From: a virus
IMG/VR virus record: IMGVR_UViG_3300028195_000197
Coordinates: 3,248 to 67,247 of that record
DNA length: 64,000 bases
Reading direction: 5' to 3' (one strand)
Shown here one piece after another: positions 29,077-37,539 of this stretch; the stretch's first letter is position 1, and each line of letters opens with the position of its first letter. A program made the position numbers and the translations under genes. Under the pieces are notes generated by a model. It was not told the DNA's origin and made no database searches. It saw only the letters and a program-made list of their open reading frames with translations.

Positions 29077-29409
29077 ATGTGTCCGTACTGTTTCAGTGAT
29101 AATGTAGAATTAGGTTATGGTAATGAAGATCTTGTTTATTGCTTTGATTGTGATCATGAGCATAAACCAGAAGATACCATAGAAGACGATTGTATTGATG
29201 GGGATTACCCTAGCCCGTACGACCCCCCCGTACAATCGGACTATGATTACACTTGCACGTGTGAAGATCGTCCTTGTTGCGGATGTAATTCAGAGAGCGG
29301 CCAGATTAGCATATTGTACGCTGTTATAGTGACTGTCTTGGCAGTGATTTTACATAGTGTATATAATGCCATTGTACTTCCTATGATAGCAGTACTAGGG
29401 AGTATCTAA
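29077..29409 (+). CDS. Cys-rich protein (CEDxPCCGC) with C-terminal pilin-like TM segment
   Basis: GAGGAG RBS before ATG 29077. Confidence 0.6.
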   Translation: MCPYCFSDNVELGYGNEDLVYCFDCDHEHKPEDTIEDDCIDGDYPSPYDPPVQSDYDYTCTCEDRPCCGCNSESGQISILYAVIVTVLAVILHSVYNAIVLPMIAVLGSI

Positions 29410-29588
29410 TGACACAGAGAAGCGCACAGAGCGATTGCGCAATGGGCACGTGCTTATTGTGTGGGGAGTATACACAATCCCCTTGTATCGCTTGCAGTAC
29501 TGTCTATGCGGATGACATGCCCTTAGAATTGGGGATCCAATGGACGGACGAAGATTACAATGAAGAGATGGACGACTATTATAATTAA
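29409..29588 (+). CDS. Small acidic Zn-finger protein (59 aa)
   Basis: Manual translation: CLLCG...CIAC; TAATG coupling. Confidence 0.5.
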   Translation: MTQRSAQSDCAMGTCLLCGEYTQSPCIACSTVYADDMPLELGIQWTDEDYNEEMDDYYN

Positions 29589-29640
29589 CATCTTATTGCT
29601 ATGGTATCAAGAGGGATATTATAGCAATGACATATTAATT
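29583..29640 (+). repeat. Early-region intergenic hairpin, copy 1
   Basis: ATCTT-stem-AAGAGG-stem-GACAT. Confidence 0.75.
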
Positions 29641-29665
29641 ATTAGACTAAAAAGGAGTAAGTAAA

Positions 29666-29830
29666 ATGGATACATTAGAATTGTGGGATTATCTGATTGA
29701 CCGTGAGATCGCTACACGTGAGGAATTGTCACTTGTCACTAATATTATTGGTTACAGTGTAGAATCTCTCTTGAAAGTGTTGTATGCTAGAACGGGCTAT
29801 AATTCAGTTAAGCAGATTGAAGAAGATTAA
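29666..29830 (+). CDS. Small hypothetical protein (54 aa)
   Basis: Manual translation MDTLELWDYL...YARTGY; AAGGAG RBS. Confidence 0.65.
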   Translation: MDTLELWDYLIDREIATREELSLVTNIIGYSVESLLKVLYARTGYNSVKQIEED

Positions 29831-29914
29831 TTCTATTATGAGTGAGTATTAAATGTTAGTACTCACTTTCAATAAAATTAATGCTATATTAGAAAGAAAA
29901 AGGAGCTTGTCAAG

Positions 29915-30289
29915 ATGGATGAGAAAAAAGAATTAGATTGTACTTGCAAACGCTGCCAAGAGATTGACTCTATGCTTGAAAATCCTATACCAGCTTATAA
30001 ATTAACACTGTCAAAACAAGAACGTCAAGCTATAGACTGGGTTGGGTATAGATACTCCAATGGTGACGATCTTTTTGATCTGCTTTGCAAGTGTGATTAT
30101 ATATCAGAACATAAAACATCATGCGCATGGGATTCTGAAAGTGATATTACTTTTCTAATTCCTGAATATATAGCATGGGAAATTGCAGAAAACGCAGAAG
30201 AAGAGGATGGGGATTATGTGTATAATTTCCCGTGTTTTGCTAATGAGTTTGCACATAAACTACGTTTATTTTGTGAGAATTTAGTGTAG
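29915..30289 (+). CDS. Acidic early hypothetical protein
   Basis: AAGGAG RBS. Confidence 0.7.
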   Translation: MDEKKELDCTCKRCQEIDSMLENPIPAYKLTLSKQERQAIDWVGYRYSNGDDLFDLLCKCDYISEHKTSCAWDSESDITFLIPEYIAWEIAENAEEEDGDYVYNFPCFANEFAHKLRLFCENLV

Positions 30290-30305
30290 ATAAGGAGTAA
30301 TAAAG

Positions 30306-30524
30306 ATGGATGATAAAACAGTACTAAAAGGTAAAGAATGGAATGGATATTTTAGACGACACACTGTAGACGTTGGTAAAATGGGAATTATGGAATTATA
30401 CAGTGGCGTAACCCATAAATATCAGAGTATTTATAAAGTAGGCGAGTATTATTTTATTTTCGCTTTCAAGCGAGGATATAAAAATATTAGTACGCTGAAA
30501 AGATTAATTTCTACTCACCTTTAG
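30306..30524 (+). CDS. Early hypothetical protein
   Basis: AAGGAG RBS. Confidence 0.65.
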   Translation: MDDKTVLKGKEWNGYFRRHTVDVGKMGIMELYSGVTHKYQSIYKVGEYYFIFAFKRGYKNISTLKRLISTHL

Positions 30525-30590
30525 TTAGAATCTTAATGTGATGGTATCAGGAGGATTATAAAAAGATACCATCATATTGACATTTTAATT
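30523..30590 (+). repeat. Early-region intergenic hairpin, copy 2
   Basis: AATCTT-AATGTGATGGTATC-AGGAGG loop-GATACCATCATATT-GACATT. Confidence 0.75.
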
Positions 30591-30614
30591 AATCAAATAA
30601 AAAGGAGAAAGGTA

Positions 30615-31085
30615 ATGAGTATTCAATTTAAGCAATTTACAGGGGATATTAATTGGCAAGAATACGGGGGGAAGTTTATCAGTAAGAAATTTAATAATGG
30701 TGATTTTGATTATTACCTAGTATTAAATTTCGTGAATACAGAAGGATTAGAAGAAATAAGCAGTAAGTATCATCTTTCTTTGGACATTGTAGCACCAACT
30801 GAATTTGAAGACTTAAACGGGGCAATGAGCTGTGTTTGTTTTTCAGAATGGGGAGATGAAAACAACCCTATTCATTTAGTAGATGCCATTCACGACTATT
30901 CAGGAGGCGTCACCGCTTGGTGGTTGGAAGGAGATAATTATAAAGAACTTTTCAAAGAAGCACATAAACAGGCAATGACTATTAATGGATTATTTGGTTT
31001 TGTGATGGATAGAGCGCAAAATAGAATTGGCTCTGATGGATGGGATTTTATAAAGGGTGACATTATGGCGGGACTGAATAAATAA
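30615..31085 (+). CDS. Early hypothetical protein
   Basis: GD.NW..YGG; RBS. Confidence 0.7.
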   Translation: MSIQFKQFTGDINWQEYGGKFISKKFNNGDFDYYLVLNFVNTEGLEEISSKYHLSLDIVAPTEFEDLNGAMSCVCFSEWGDENNPIHLVDAIHDYSGGVTAWWLEGDNYKELFKEAHKQAMTINGLFGFVMDRAQNRIGSDGWDFIKGDIMAGLNK

Positions 31086-31150
31086 TTAGAATCTTAATGC
31101 AATTATACGAGGGGGTATAAAAAAGTATGATTGCATTGACATATTAATTA
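31083..31150 (+). repeat. Early-region intergenic hairpin, copy 3
   Basis: AATCTT-AATGCAATTATAC-GAGGGG loop-GTATGATTGCATT-GACAT. Confidence 0.75.
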
Positions 31151-31181
31151 TATTTTACATAATGTAAAAAGGAGAAAAAAG

Positions 31182-31415
31182 ATGAGCGATATTAAAGCCT
31201 TCACCTATAAAGATGATAAACTTTCTTTTGTTGGCAAACTGGTAAAGGGTAAGGTGATATGTCCTGATTGCTATGATGGAAAACATCTTAACAAAAAAGA
31301 TGGATATAATCATGCCGAGTTATTCCTGATTAATGTCTTACCTTATAATCAGCATTGTAATGATTGTAAAAGATTAATCGTTTTTGGTGGTGATAATATG
31401 ATGGATTTATTTTAA
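31182..31415 (+). CDS. Small Zn-binding protein
   Basis: CPDC...CNDC. Confidence 0.65.
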   Translation: MSDIKAFTYKDDKLSFVGKLVKGKVICPDCYDGKHLNKKDGYNHAELFLINVLPYNQHCNDCKRLIVFGGDNMMDLF

Positions 31416-31421
31416 TAATCT

Positions 31422-31464
31422 CTCATACAGAATTAATCTTAATTCCAGGATTCTATATTACAAT
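31422..31464 (+). promoter_or_regulatory. TAAT-box promoter
   Basis: CTCAT-N6-TTAATCT-N19-TACAAT. Confidence 0.7.
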
Positions 31465-31622
31465 CAAAAACATATAAACGAAGGAGAAATATATACATGG
31501 TAAAAAGTAAAAATACACAGTGTAAAAAAGAGAATCTTATTCTCTGGTTGAGCCTATCCGTAGGCTATACGTTTATTGTGTTTGGATTGATTCTATCAGT
31601 AATATAAAAAGGAGATTTTAAA

Positions 31623-31997
31623 ATGAATGCTACAAAAAAAGAAAAACTACAATGGATGTTAGATAATTTATCTACTTATGATGAAGAGAGGGCAGAGGAT
31701 ATTGGCAAAAAAGCATTGCTGGAATCTATTGCAGAAAATATCAGAAAAGAAGCAATTTATCAGCATAACTTAATCCGACATAAATTTAATATGCAATCCC
31801 TAATTGCGGATCATTTGCAAGGTTTACCTAGTTGGTGTGATATTCCTTTTGCTAATTGGGAGATATTAGAACTGTTACGAAGTTGGGGTTATACGTTAGA
31901 TACAGAACAAAAAGAAGATAACGCATTAAATAATTACTGGATGTTTTGCTCAGGATATATTCTCTCATTATTTGAAAAAGAGAATATAAAATTATAA
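31623..31997 (+). CDS. Early hypothetical protein
   Basis: LQGLPS..IPF.N.EI motif; RBS. Confidence 0.7.
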   Translation: MNATKKEKLQWMLDNLSTYDEERAEDIGKKALLESIAENIRKEAIYQHNLIRHKFNMQSLIADHLQGLPSWCDIPFANWEILELLRSWGYTLDTEQKEDNALNNYWMFCSGYILSLFEKENIKL

Positions 31998-32002
31998 ATA
32001 AG

Positions 32003-32062
32003 TAAAATCTTACTATACAGAAATTATCAGGGAGGAGATTTTCTGTATAGTGACATTTTAAA
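32003..32062 (+). repeat. Early-region intergenic hairpin, copy 4
   Basis: AATCTT-ACTATACAGAAA-GGGAGG loop-TTTCTGTATAGT-GACATT. Confidence 0.75.
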
Positions 32063-32085
32063 TATTTACGTAAAAAGGAGAAAAG

Positions 32086-32391
32086 ATGTACACAGAAAAA
32101 ACAAAAGTAATTTTTAGGACATTTAAAGATATTGATGAGGTAATTGCTTTCTTTCCTGAGGAACTAGGTACTAATGATTTAAATACTTGTAATTCCTACA
32201 TGCACATTGGACAGCATGGGAGTGCATATACTCATATTACAAGTAAAACCAGACCATCCACAAAAGAAGAAATTAAACCCATCTATGATGAACTAAAAAG
32301 TATTGGATATAATCTGGTAGTGAAAAAGAAATTCTTGTATAGCCATTTTATCACACGAAGAGACAAACTAAACGCAATCGGGAGAAAATAA
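32086..32391 (+). CDS. Phage early hypothetical protein
   Basis: VIFR..IA.FP..SYMHIGQH..L..IGY. Confidence 0.7.
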   Translation: MYTEKTKVIFRTFKDIDEVIAFFPEELGTNDLNTCNSYMHIGQHGSAYTHITSKTRPSTKEEIKPIYDELKSIGYNLVVKKKFLYSHFITRRDKLNAIGRK

Positions 32392-32933
32392 TGTTTTATA
32401 ATAAATGGGCAGAAAAACAAGCAAAAAGAAATTATGATTCTGACGGGTTAGATTTTACCACTTATAGCCATTGCTATATTTGCGGTAAACCATCAAAAGC
32501 AAAAACCGTCACGCTAAACGGCTTTCATCCTGCTTGTGAGCGTAACGAATTAAAATATAAACCAAATAAAAAGAGCAATTTTAAAGCCCTCGCTAAACTT
32601 CCAAAATTTAATAAATCCTTTCCTATCCTGTCTCATGTATACATCATTGTAAAAAATGGCTTTCTTTGCTTTGTTATGACAGATTTAGAGAAAGTAAAAC
32701 ACGGAATCATAGAAGGGGTAAAGGGAAATTGTAATATATGTGTACCTCGTGATGTTTTTGTTGATACCATCATTCTGTTATCCAATGAAGGAGAAGATTT
32801 TACCATTGCACAGGATGATGAAACCATGAGTATGATTATCAGCACTAAGAACTCCAAAACAACTATTAAGGGAATTGATAAAAAAGAATTTCCAAACATC
32901 AAAGAAATTTTAGATCGTCAAAAGGATGTATAA
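32391..32933 (+). CDS. Zn-finger fused to DNA polymerase III beta-clamp domain I (truncated DnaN-like)
   Basis: CYICGK..HPAC then PILSHV...TDLE...ICVP...IKGID..EFP. Confidence 0.7.
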   Translation: MFYNKWAEKQAKRNYDSDGLDFTTYSHCYICGKPSKAKTVTLNGFHPACERNELKYKPNKKSNFKALAKLPKFNKSFPILSHVYIIVKNGFLCFVMTDLEKVKHGIIEGVKGNCNICVPRDVFVDTIILLSNEGEDFTIAQDDETMSMIISTKNSKTTIKGIDKKEFPNIKEILDRQKDV

Positions 32934-33075
32934 GATTATGAATGATTATAAAAAGAAGTCTCCTCCTGTCACTCATGCGGATTTTTATAAGGCATCACAG
33001 GAGAGATTTTCTCAGTATCTAGTTAGTAAATCCGTACAATTAGCGAAAGATTATACAGTAGAAAAGGAATAACAC

Positions 33076-33285
33076 ATGAACGCAGAAGACCTTTTAGAAT
33101 TCGGTAGACAATTTTCCAATTTGGGATGGTCAATACAAGACCAAATACAAACTATGCTTGATGGAGACTTTAGCGACATTAATCCTAATGCTTTTCGTAT
33201 TGCAAAGCAAAAACTGTCTGGTTATAGTGAGGATTTAGATAATTTCTTGCTTGACTGTGAATTGAATTTGAAACATGAAGATTAA
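33076..33285 (+). CDS. Small acidic hypothetical protein
   Basis: RBS. Confidence 0.6.
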   Translation: MNAEDLLEFGRQFSNLGWSIQDQIQTMLDGDFSDINPNAFRIAKQKLSGYSEDLDNFLLDCELNLKHED

Positions 33286-33368
33286 AATTTTCTAATAAAA
33301 ATCCCTGTTCTACTCATCCAGGATTAATCTACATAGTGTAAAATTACTGTGTAGATAAAAAGGAGAAA

Positions 33369-33596
33369 ATGATGGACGGTAAAATTCACAATAAAGAAAC
33401 TTTGCTTTATGGATGTAAAAAAGAAAGCCCCGATTACATGGAGGAGATTTTGCATCACCAAAAAGGTTATGTAAATAGAGACAAACTAATTTCTGCTTAT
33501 TCAGAATGGGCAGAAGAAAATGGCTATGATAGATTGAGAATTTCTGTTATTGATTTATCTATTCCTCCAGATTTTAAATCCACTGTAAATATTTAG
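33369..33596 (+). CDS. Hypothetical protein
   Basis: AAGGAG RBS; degenerate TAAT-box promoter. Confidence 0.65.
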   Translation: MMDGKIHNKETLLYGCKKESPDYMEEILHHQKGYVNRDKLISAYSEWAEENGYDRLRISVIDLSIPPDFKSTVNI

Positions 33597-33605
33597 GCAA
33601 TTGAA

Positions 33606-33794
33606 ATGAATAAGAAAATAAATCCTTGTCCTTTTTGTAGAAATAAAAACTTTAAACTTTATACAATAGGGCATGGACGATCACATCAAAAAGATATGCT
33701 TCAATGTTTAACACCCACTTGTATTTTACGTTATATTGCTTTTCCAGTTAATGAATGGCAGAAGCAACTAAAAAGGAGAACAGATAATGAATGA
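33606..33794 (+). CDS. Lar-like Zn-ribbon protein
   Basis: PCPFC...C...C...W. Confidence 0.55.
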   Translation: MNKKINPCPFCRNKNFKLYTIGHGRSHQKDMLQCLTPTCILRYIAFPVNEWQKQLKRRTDNE

Positions 33795-34044
33795 GAAAAT
33801 AAAAGAGATTCTGAACGAGATGGAAGATGAATTAATTGAAAATGGATGTTTTCACGAATTAGATTCTTGGGATGATGTCTGCATAATCTTTAATTATCCG
33901 AATTATTGGGATAGCTATCCAGAATTTGCTAGTCAAATTGAACTTGAGACGGAAAATATTTTAGCACTAGAAAATCAACTAAAAGAAGCGGGATTCTCTG
34001 GATTCTTTTGGGTGAATGACTATGTAAAGCACATTAATATTTAG
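33787..34044 (+). CDS. Acidic hypothetical protein
   Basis: AAGGAG RBS. Confidence 0.6.
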   Translation: MNEKIKEILNEMEDELIENGCFHELDSWDDVCIIFNYPNYWDSYPEFASQIELETENILALENQLKEAGFSGFFWVNDYVKHINI

Positions 34045-34264
34045 GAGAAAAAATGACCACTATCGGAATTGTATTTGTAATCGTGCTGATTCTTATCGGC
34101 ATCTATGGAAGCTGGTTTGGATAAACATAATGTTTACCCCTAACGAAAAACTCGCTAACTGTTTCGCTTGTACTCTCGCTCCTGTAATGAGAGTATGCAA
34201 CATGTGTGATTTTAGATGTTACAGCCCGTTAGAGATAAAGAAGATCAATACTAAGAAATATATT

Positions 34265-34307
34265 CTTATCCTAAATTAATCTTAGGATTATCTACATGAT
34301 GTAAAAT
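34265..34307 (+). promoter_or_regulatory. TAAT-box promoter with overlapping CTACATGATGTAA operator
   Basis: CTTAT-N6-TTAATCT-N19-TAAAAT. Confidence 0.7.
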
Positions 34308-34332
34308 GGATAAGAATTAAAGGAGAAGAAAG

Positions 34333-34995
34333 ATGAAACTATCAGAAAAAACCATCTTTGAAGAAGTGAAAGATTTGGAAGTGAAAAACCGTGAACGTCT
34401 CTTGGAACTTTACACTGAACCCCGTGTAATCGGCATCATTGGTGATATAGGAACATCCAAAAGCAACACTGCATACTTCATCATAGATCAACTTTTAGAA
34501 AGATATGATATGAACCTTTACACTTTTGGATTGAGAAAAAAGATAAAGGGAGCGATTGCAATTTATCAGGTGTCTGAATTAGAGAAGTTGCGTAACGCTA
34601 TAATCTTTTTAGACGAAGCCAATTTATTGCTGGACATTGAAAACAGAACGAAGAAAAAGAAAATTCAAGAAATGTTTCAACTATTAGCGCATAATAATTG
34701 TCATGTTACTTTGATTAGCCCTCCTAACACGTTCAAGAAATTTCTAGCTGCAAAACTTACAGCTATGATTTTGCACGAGATTACAATCGCTCAATGTATC
34801 AATCGCTCTTATGTAGCAGATACCGTACAAACGTACAGCGGATTAGAGAGAGGTTCTACTATGCTCTCATTGCCACGAGGCAAGGCTATCATCTTCGATG
34901 GAGACCATTATCATCCTGTTTCTATACCATACGTTCAGGAAGCAGATACGAAAAAAGATAATCCATCACTACTGAGACCAAAAATAAAAGGTTAG
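34333..34995 (+). CDS. P-loop ATPase (ASCE; Zot/FtsK-HerA-like)
   Basis: IGIIGDIGTSKS, IIFLDEA. Confidence 0.75.
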   Translation: MKLSEKTIFEEVKDLEVKNRERLLELYTEPRVIGIIGDIGTSKSNTAYFIIDQLLERYDMNLYTFGLRKKIKGAIAIYQVSELEKLRNAIIFLDEANLLLDIENRTKKKKIQEMFQLLAHNNCHVTLISPPNTFKKFLAAKLTAMILHEITIAQCINRSYVADTVQTYSGLERGSTMLSLPRGKAIIFDGDHYHPVSIPYVQEADTKKDNPSLLRPKIKG

Positions 34996-35055
34996 AAAAA
35001 CCGTAATGGTTCTTGTAAAATGTCCTGTAAAATGTAATGAAAAAGGAGAAATAAA

Positions 35056-35301
35056 ATGCGAGAAATTGTAGGAGCAAAAATTGGTTCAATTATTACCAAC
35101 ATTCCGTCTAAAATCTTTGATGCAGTTGAAAAAGGAAGAATCACGAAATTCTTATCTAAGAAGGAAATGCAATTTATGAGTAATTGTGACTTAGGGAAGA
35201 AATGGGATGACATGGCGAAATCTCCTGTATTGTTTGTGATTGATGATGAAAACGAGAAAGTGTATCCTCCAGACCATCTTTCAAAGGAGCTAGAAGAATG
35301 A
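35056..35301 (+). CDS. Hypothetical protein
   Basis: AAGGAG RBS. Confidence 0.6.
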   Translation: MREIVGAKIGSIITNIPSKIFDAVEKGRITKFLSKKEMQFMSNCDLGKKWDDMAKSPVLFVIDDENEKVYPPDHLSKELEE

Positions 35302-35519
35302 ACTTCCCCACTCTTACAGCCCTAAAAACCTGGGCAGACTATAAACTTCCTGTCTATCTTCCTTTTGACCTAGAAGAAGTAGACACAACACAAAGAGACC
35401 TTCCTAGAGACATCGTAGAGATGCAGAAGGATGGAATGTTTCACTACTTCAAAGAAGATGGGGGATTTCACCTCCTGATGAGTAGTAAAAATAGTTTAGT
35501 AGAAGGAGAAATAGAATGA
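35298..35519 (+). CDS. Hypothetical protein
   Basis: AAGGAG RBS. Confidence 0.6.
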   Translation: MNFPTLTALKTWADYKLPVYLPFDLEEVDTTQRDLPRDIVEMQKDGMFHYFKEDGGFHLLMSSKNSLVEGEIE

Positions 35520-35779
35520 AAGAAGGTGATTTGAGAGTGTGGCATATCCCACAAATTCCTGGAGATGCTTTTTATGTTCCTGTTTCTTCTCCAGAAGAAG
35601 CTGGAAAGTTGCTGAATACCTTAGCACAATATGACCTATTCCAGTATGAGAACAATATAAAACCTGATTACTCTAATGCGTCTGGTTTAGAAGTTGTTGA
35701 ATCTGGTGAATGGTGCGAATGGTATAGCAAATATGACGAAGATATTGACGAGTATTTAGAAGCTGAAATAGATGAATAA
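35516..35779 (+). CDS. P22 gp17-like superinfection-exclusion-bypass protein
   Basis: LRVWHIPQIP...YDLFQYENNIKPDYSNA.GL closely resembles recalled P22 gp17. Confidence 0.8.
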   Translation: MKEGDLRVWHIPQIPGDAFYVPVSSPEEAGKLLNTLAQYDLFQYENNIKPDYSNASGLEVVESGEWCEWYSKYDEDIDEYLEAEIDE

Positions 35780-35993
35780 AAAATACGAATTCCTTGTATC
35801 AGATGATAAGAAGTCATGTGTAATCTTCTCCCTACGCCCCTACAAGCGTCTAGGAACGGTTACACGGACTAATGGCTCTCGTAGCATACAAACATTCGCT
35901 CCAGGTGTTACGTGGCTTCCTGTTTACAAAGCATTAGAAGCAATGGGAGCGATTACTAAAGAAGAATCAATCTTGAAACAATTAGGAGTTTGA
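35772..35993 (+). CDS. Hypothetical protein
   Basis: Coupled ORF. Confidence 0.55.
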   Translation: MNKKYEFLVSDDKKSCVIFSLRPYKRLGTVTRTNGSRSIQTFAPGVTWLPVYKALEAMGAITKEESILKQLGV

Positions 35994-36165
35994 AAATGAA
36001 ACTGATTAGACTTTGTAAATGTCGAGTATGTACCGCTTTATTTTTACGACATCCTTTCAATAAAGATTTACAAGAATTACAAGTTTGTGGAAAGACTTGT
36101 AAACGTCTAGCAGAGTTGACAGATAAAGCAGATGCGCATTTAGAATTTTTAGGAGAATTTCTGAA

Positions 36166-36474
36166 ATGAGCATGAAAATGAAACCAGATGACCCCGCTTA
36201 TTGGATGTTAGTTGACGGAATAGAAACAATTCCTACTACCCACAATAAGTTTTGTTATATATGTAATGACCCTGAATTTGCACAGATGGGACTTCCTCTT
36301 TGTTATGAATGTGTAATTTGTGATGCTCACGTTCCAGCAGATGATATTGAATGTGATAATGGACACATGCAACCAACTTGTCCAGAAGAAGATTACGAAA
36401 TAAGAAAAAAGTATGGCTTAGAAATTTCAAAAGACCTTCTTGAATATATGGAGAAAGGAGATAAACAAGAATGA
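36166..36474 (+). CDS. Cys-rich hypothetical protein
   Basis: CYIC, C..C..C..H, C. Confidence 0.6.
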   Translation: MSMKMKPDDPAYWMLVDGIETIPTTHNKFCYICNDPEFAQMGLPLCYECVICDAHVPADDIECDNGHMQPTCPEEDYEIRKKYGLEISKDLLEYMEKGDKQE

Positions 36475-36716
36475 AATTTAAAAATGGTGAGATAAAAGCC
36501 CCTACTGGATTAGATTGGGTATTCAATTTTGGTAAGTATAAAGATGAACAGCCTACTATCCGTGAACTTTTAGATCGTGACCCTTCCTATGTTGTCTGGT
36601 GCTGTGAAAATTTGGATTGGTTTGATGTAGATGCTTATATCTATGATATGGCATTGGAGAAAGACACCAGCTGGTATCGTAGCGGAGAAGATGGCGATAG
36701 ATTTTCAATCTACTAA
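36471..36716 (+). CDS. ExoX C-terminal/DUF3820-like small domain
   Basis: FGKYK...I.E...DPSY..W. Confidence 0.7.
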   Translation: MKFKNGEIKAPTGLDWVFNFGKYKDEQPTIRELLDRDPSYVVWCCENLDWFDVDAYIYDMALEKDTSWYRSGEDGDRFSIY

Positions 36717-36727
36717 AGGAGAATAAA

Positions 36728-36955
36728 ATGAACTGTAACAGATGCAAACATAGAGAATATACACTATGTAAAAACCCCAAGAATTTCCAGCCTCGCTTTA
36801 GGCAATATAATCGTGTGAAGCAGTTGAGCAAGGTGAACTTCCCAATCCCCCCTGTATGGTGTAAAGGATTCGAGCCAATGTTTACTATTATCTTACAGGG
36901 AAGTGATTTTTCTGTACCTTGTCCAAGTGATCCCCCGCATTGGGAAATTCTCTAA
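36728..36955 (+). CDS. Cys-containing hypothetical protein
   Basis: AAGGAG RBS. Confidence 0.55.
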   Translation: MNCNRCKHREYTLCKNPKNFQPRFRQYNRVKQLSKVNFPIPPVWCKGFEPMFTIILQGSDFSVPCPSDPPHWEIL

Positions 36956-36994
36956 TCCAATATTAATCTTCTATAATAGATTTAATGTTATTAT
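36952..36994 (+). promoter_or_regulatory. TAAT-box promoter
   Basis: CTAAT-N6-TTAATCT-N19-TATTAT. Confidence 0.75.
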
Positions 36995-36999
36995 ATAGT

Positions 37000-37209
37000 T
37001 AGTGATGGCGGTGTGGAAAGCTAGTCGGTAACGTCTAGGCGACTTGGAGACACACAGCCAAGAGAGTTGTGAAAGACTGATATTGACATTGTGCATGGTA
37101 AGTCGGTTGAGTAACTACCCAAAGGCGTAAGAATAAGCACAATGCACAGAAAATACGAAAGTATGCCTAATAGCGGGTTCACGCAGGATTAGCGACCTGC
37201 CCATCACTA
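37000..37209 (+). ncRNA. ~210-nt tRNA-shaped non-coding RNA
   Basis: TAGTGATGG/CCATCACTA terminal helix; GCAGG-8nt-CCTGC arm abutting it; D-like GTGTG/CACAC; starts about 6 nt after -10 box. Confidence 0.7.
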
Positions 37210-37233
37210 GGAATTATTTTATAGGAGAATTAT

Positions 37234-37539
37234 ATGGAAGATAAATACGTGGAAGTGGAAGTTTATGGGACAGTAACTATTCCTGGCACATTCTATGAAG
37301 GGTTTGCGGAGTGGTATTATTTACTACACCCTCGTCCAGTGGAAAGAGATAGCTGGATGTCGGATGACACTTACATGTTCCATGTAGTAAGTGTGCGAGG
37401 TAAGCCTCACGATATTATAGTAAAAGGGGCATTTCTTATAAATTATCATGTAGCAGGAAAAAAGATTGATATAAAAGATGTGTCATTACAAGAACATTTA
37501 GACTTATTTGGTTCAGAAGTAGAAAAGGAGAAAGAATAA
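37234..37539 (+). CDS. Hypothetical protein
   Basis: AGGAG RBS. Confidence 0.6.
   Translation: MEDKYVEVEVYGTVTIPGTFYEGFAEWYYLLHPRPVERDSWMSDDTYMFHVVSVRGKPHDIIVKGAFLINYHVAGKKIDIKDVSLQEHLDLFGSEVEKEKE

Noticed and set aside
29583-32062. Early hairpins as CRISPR repeats or intrinsic terminators
   Set aside because: Stem sequences differ, they are separated by whole genes, and they lack GC-rich stems with U-tracts
37000-37209. Canonical tRNA or tmRNA
   Set aside because: No anticodon arm or TTC loop, no G3-U70 pair, too short for tmRNA and no tag ORF identified
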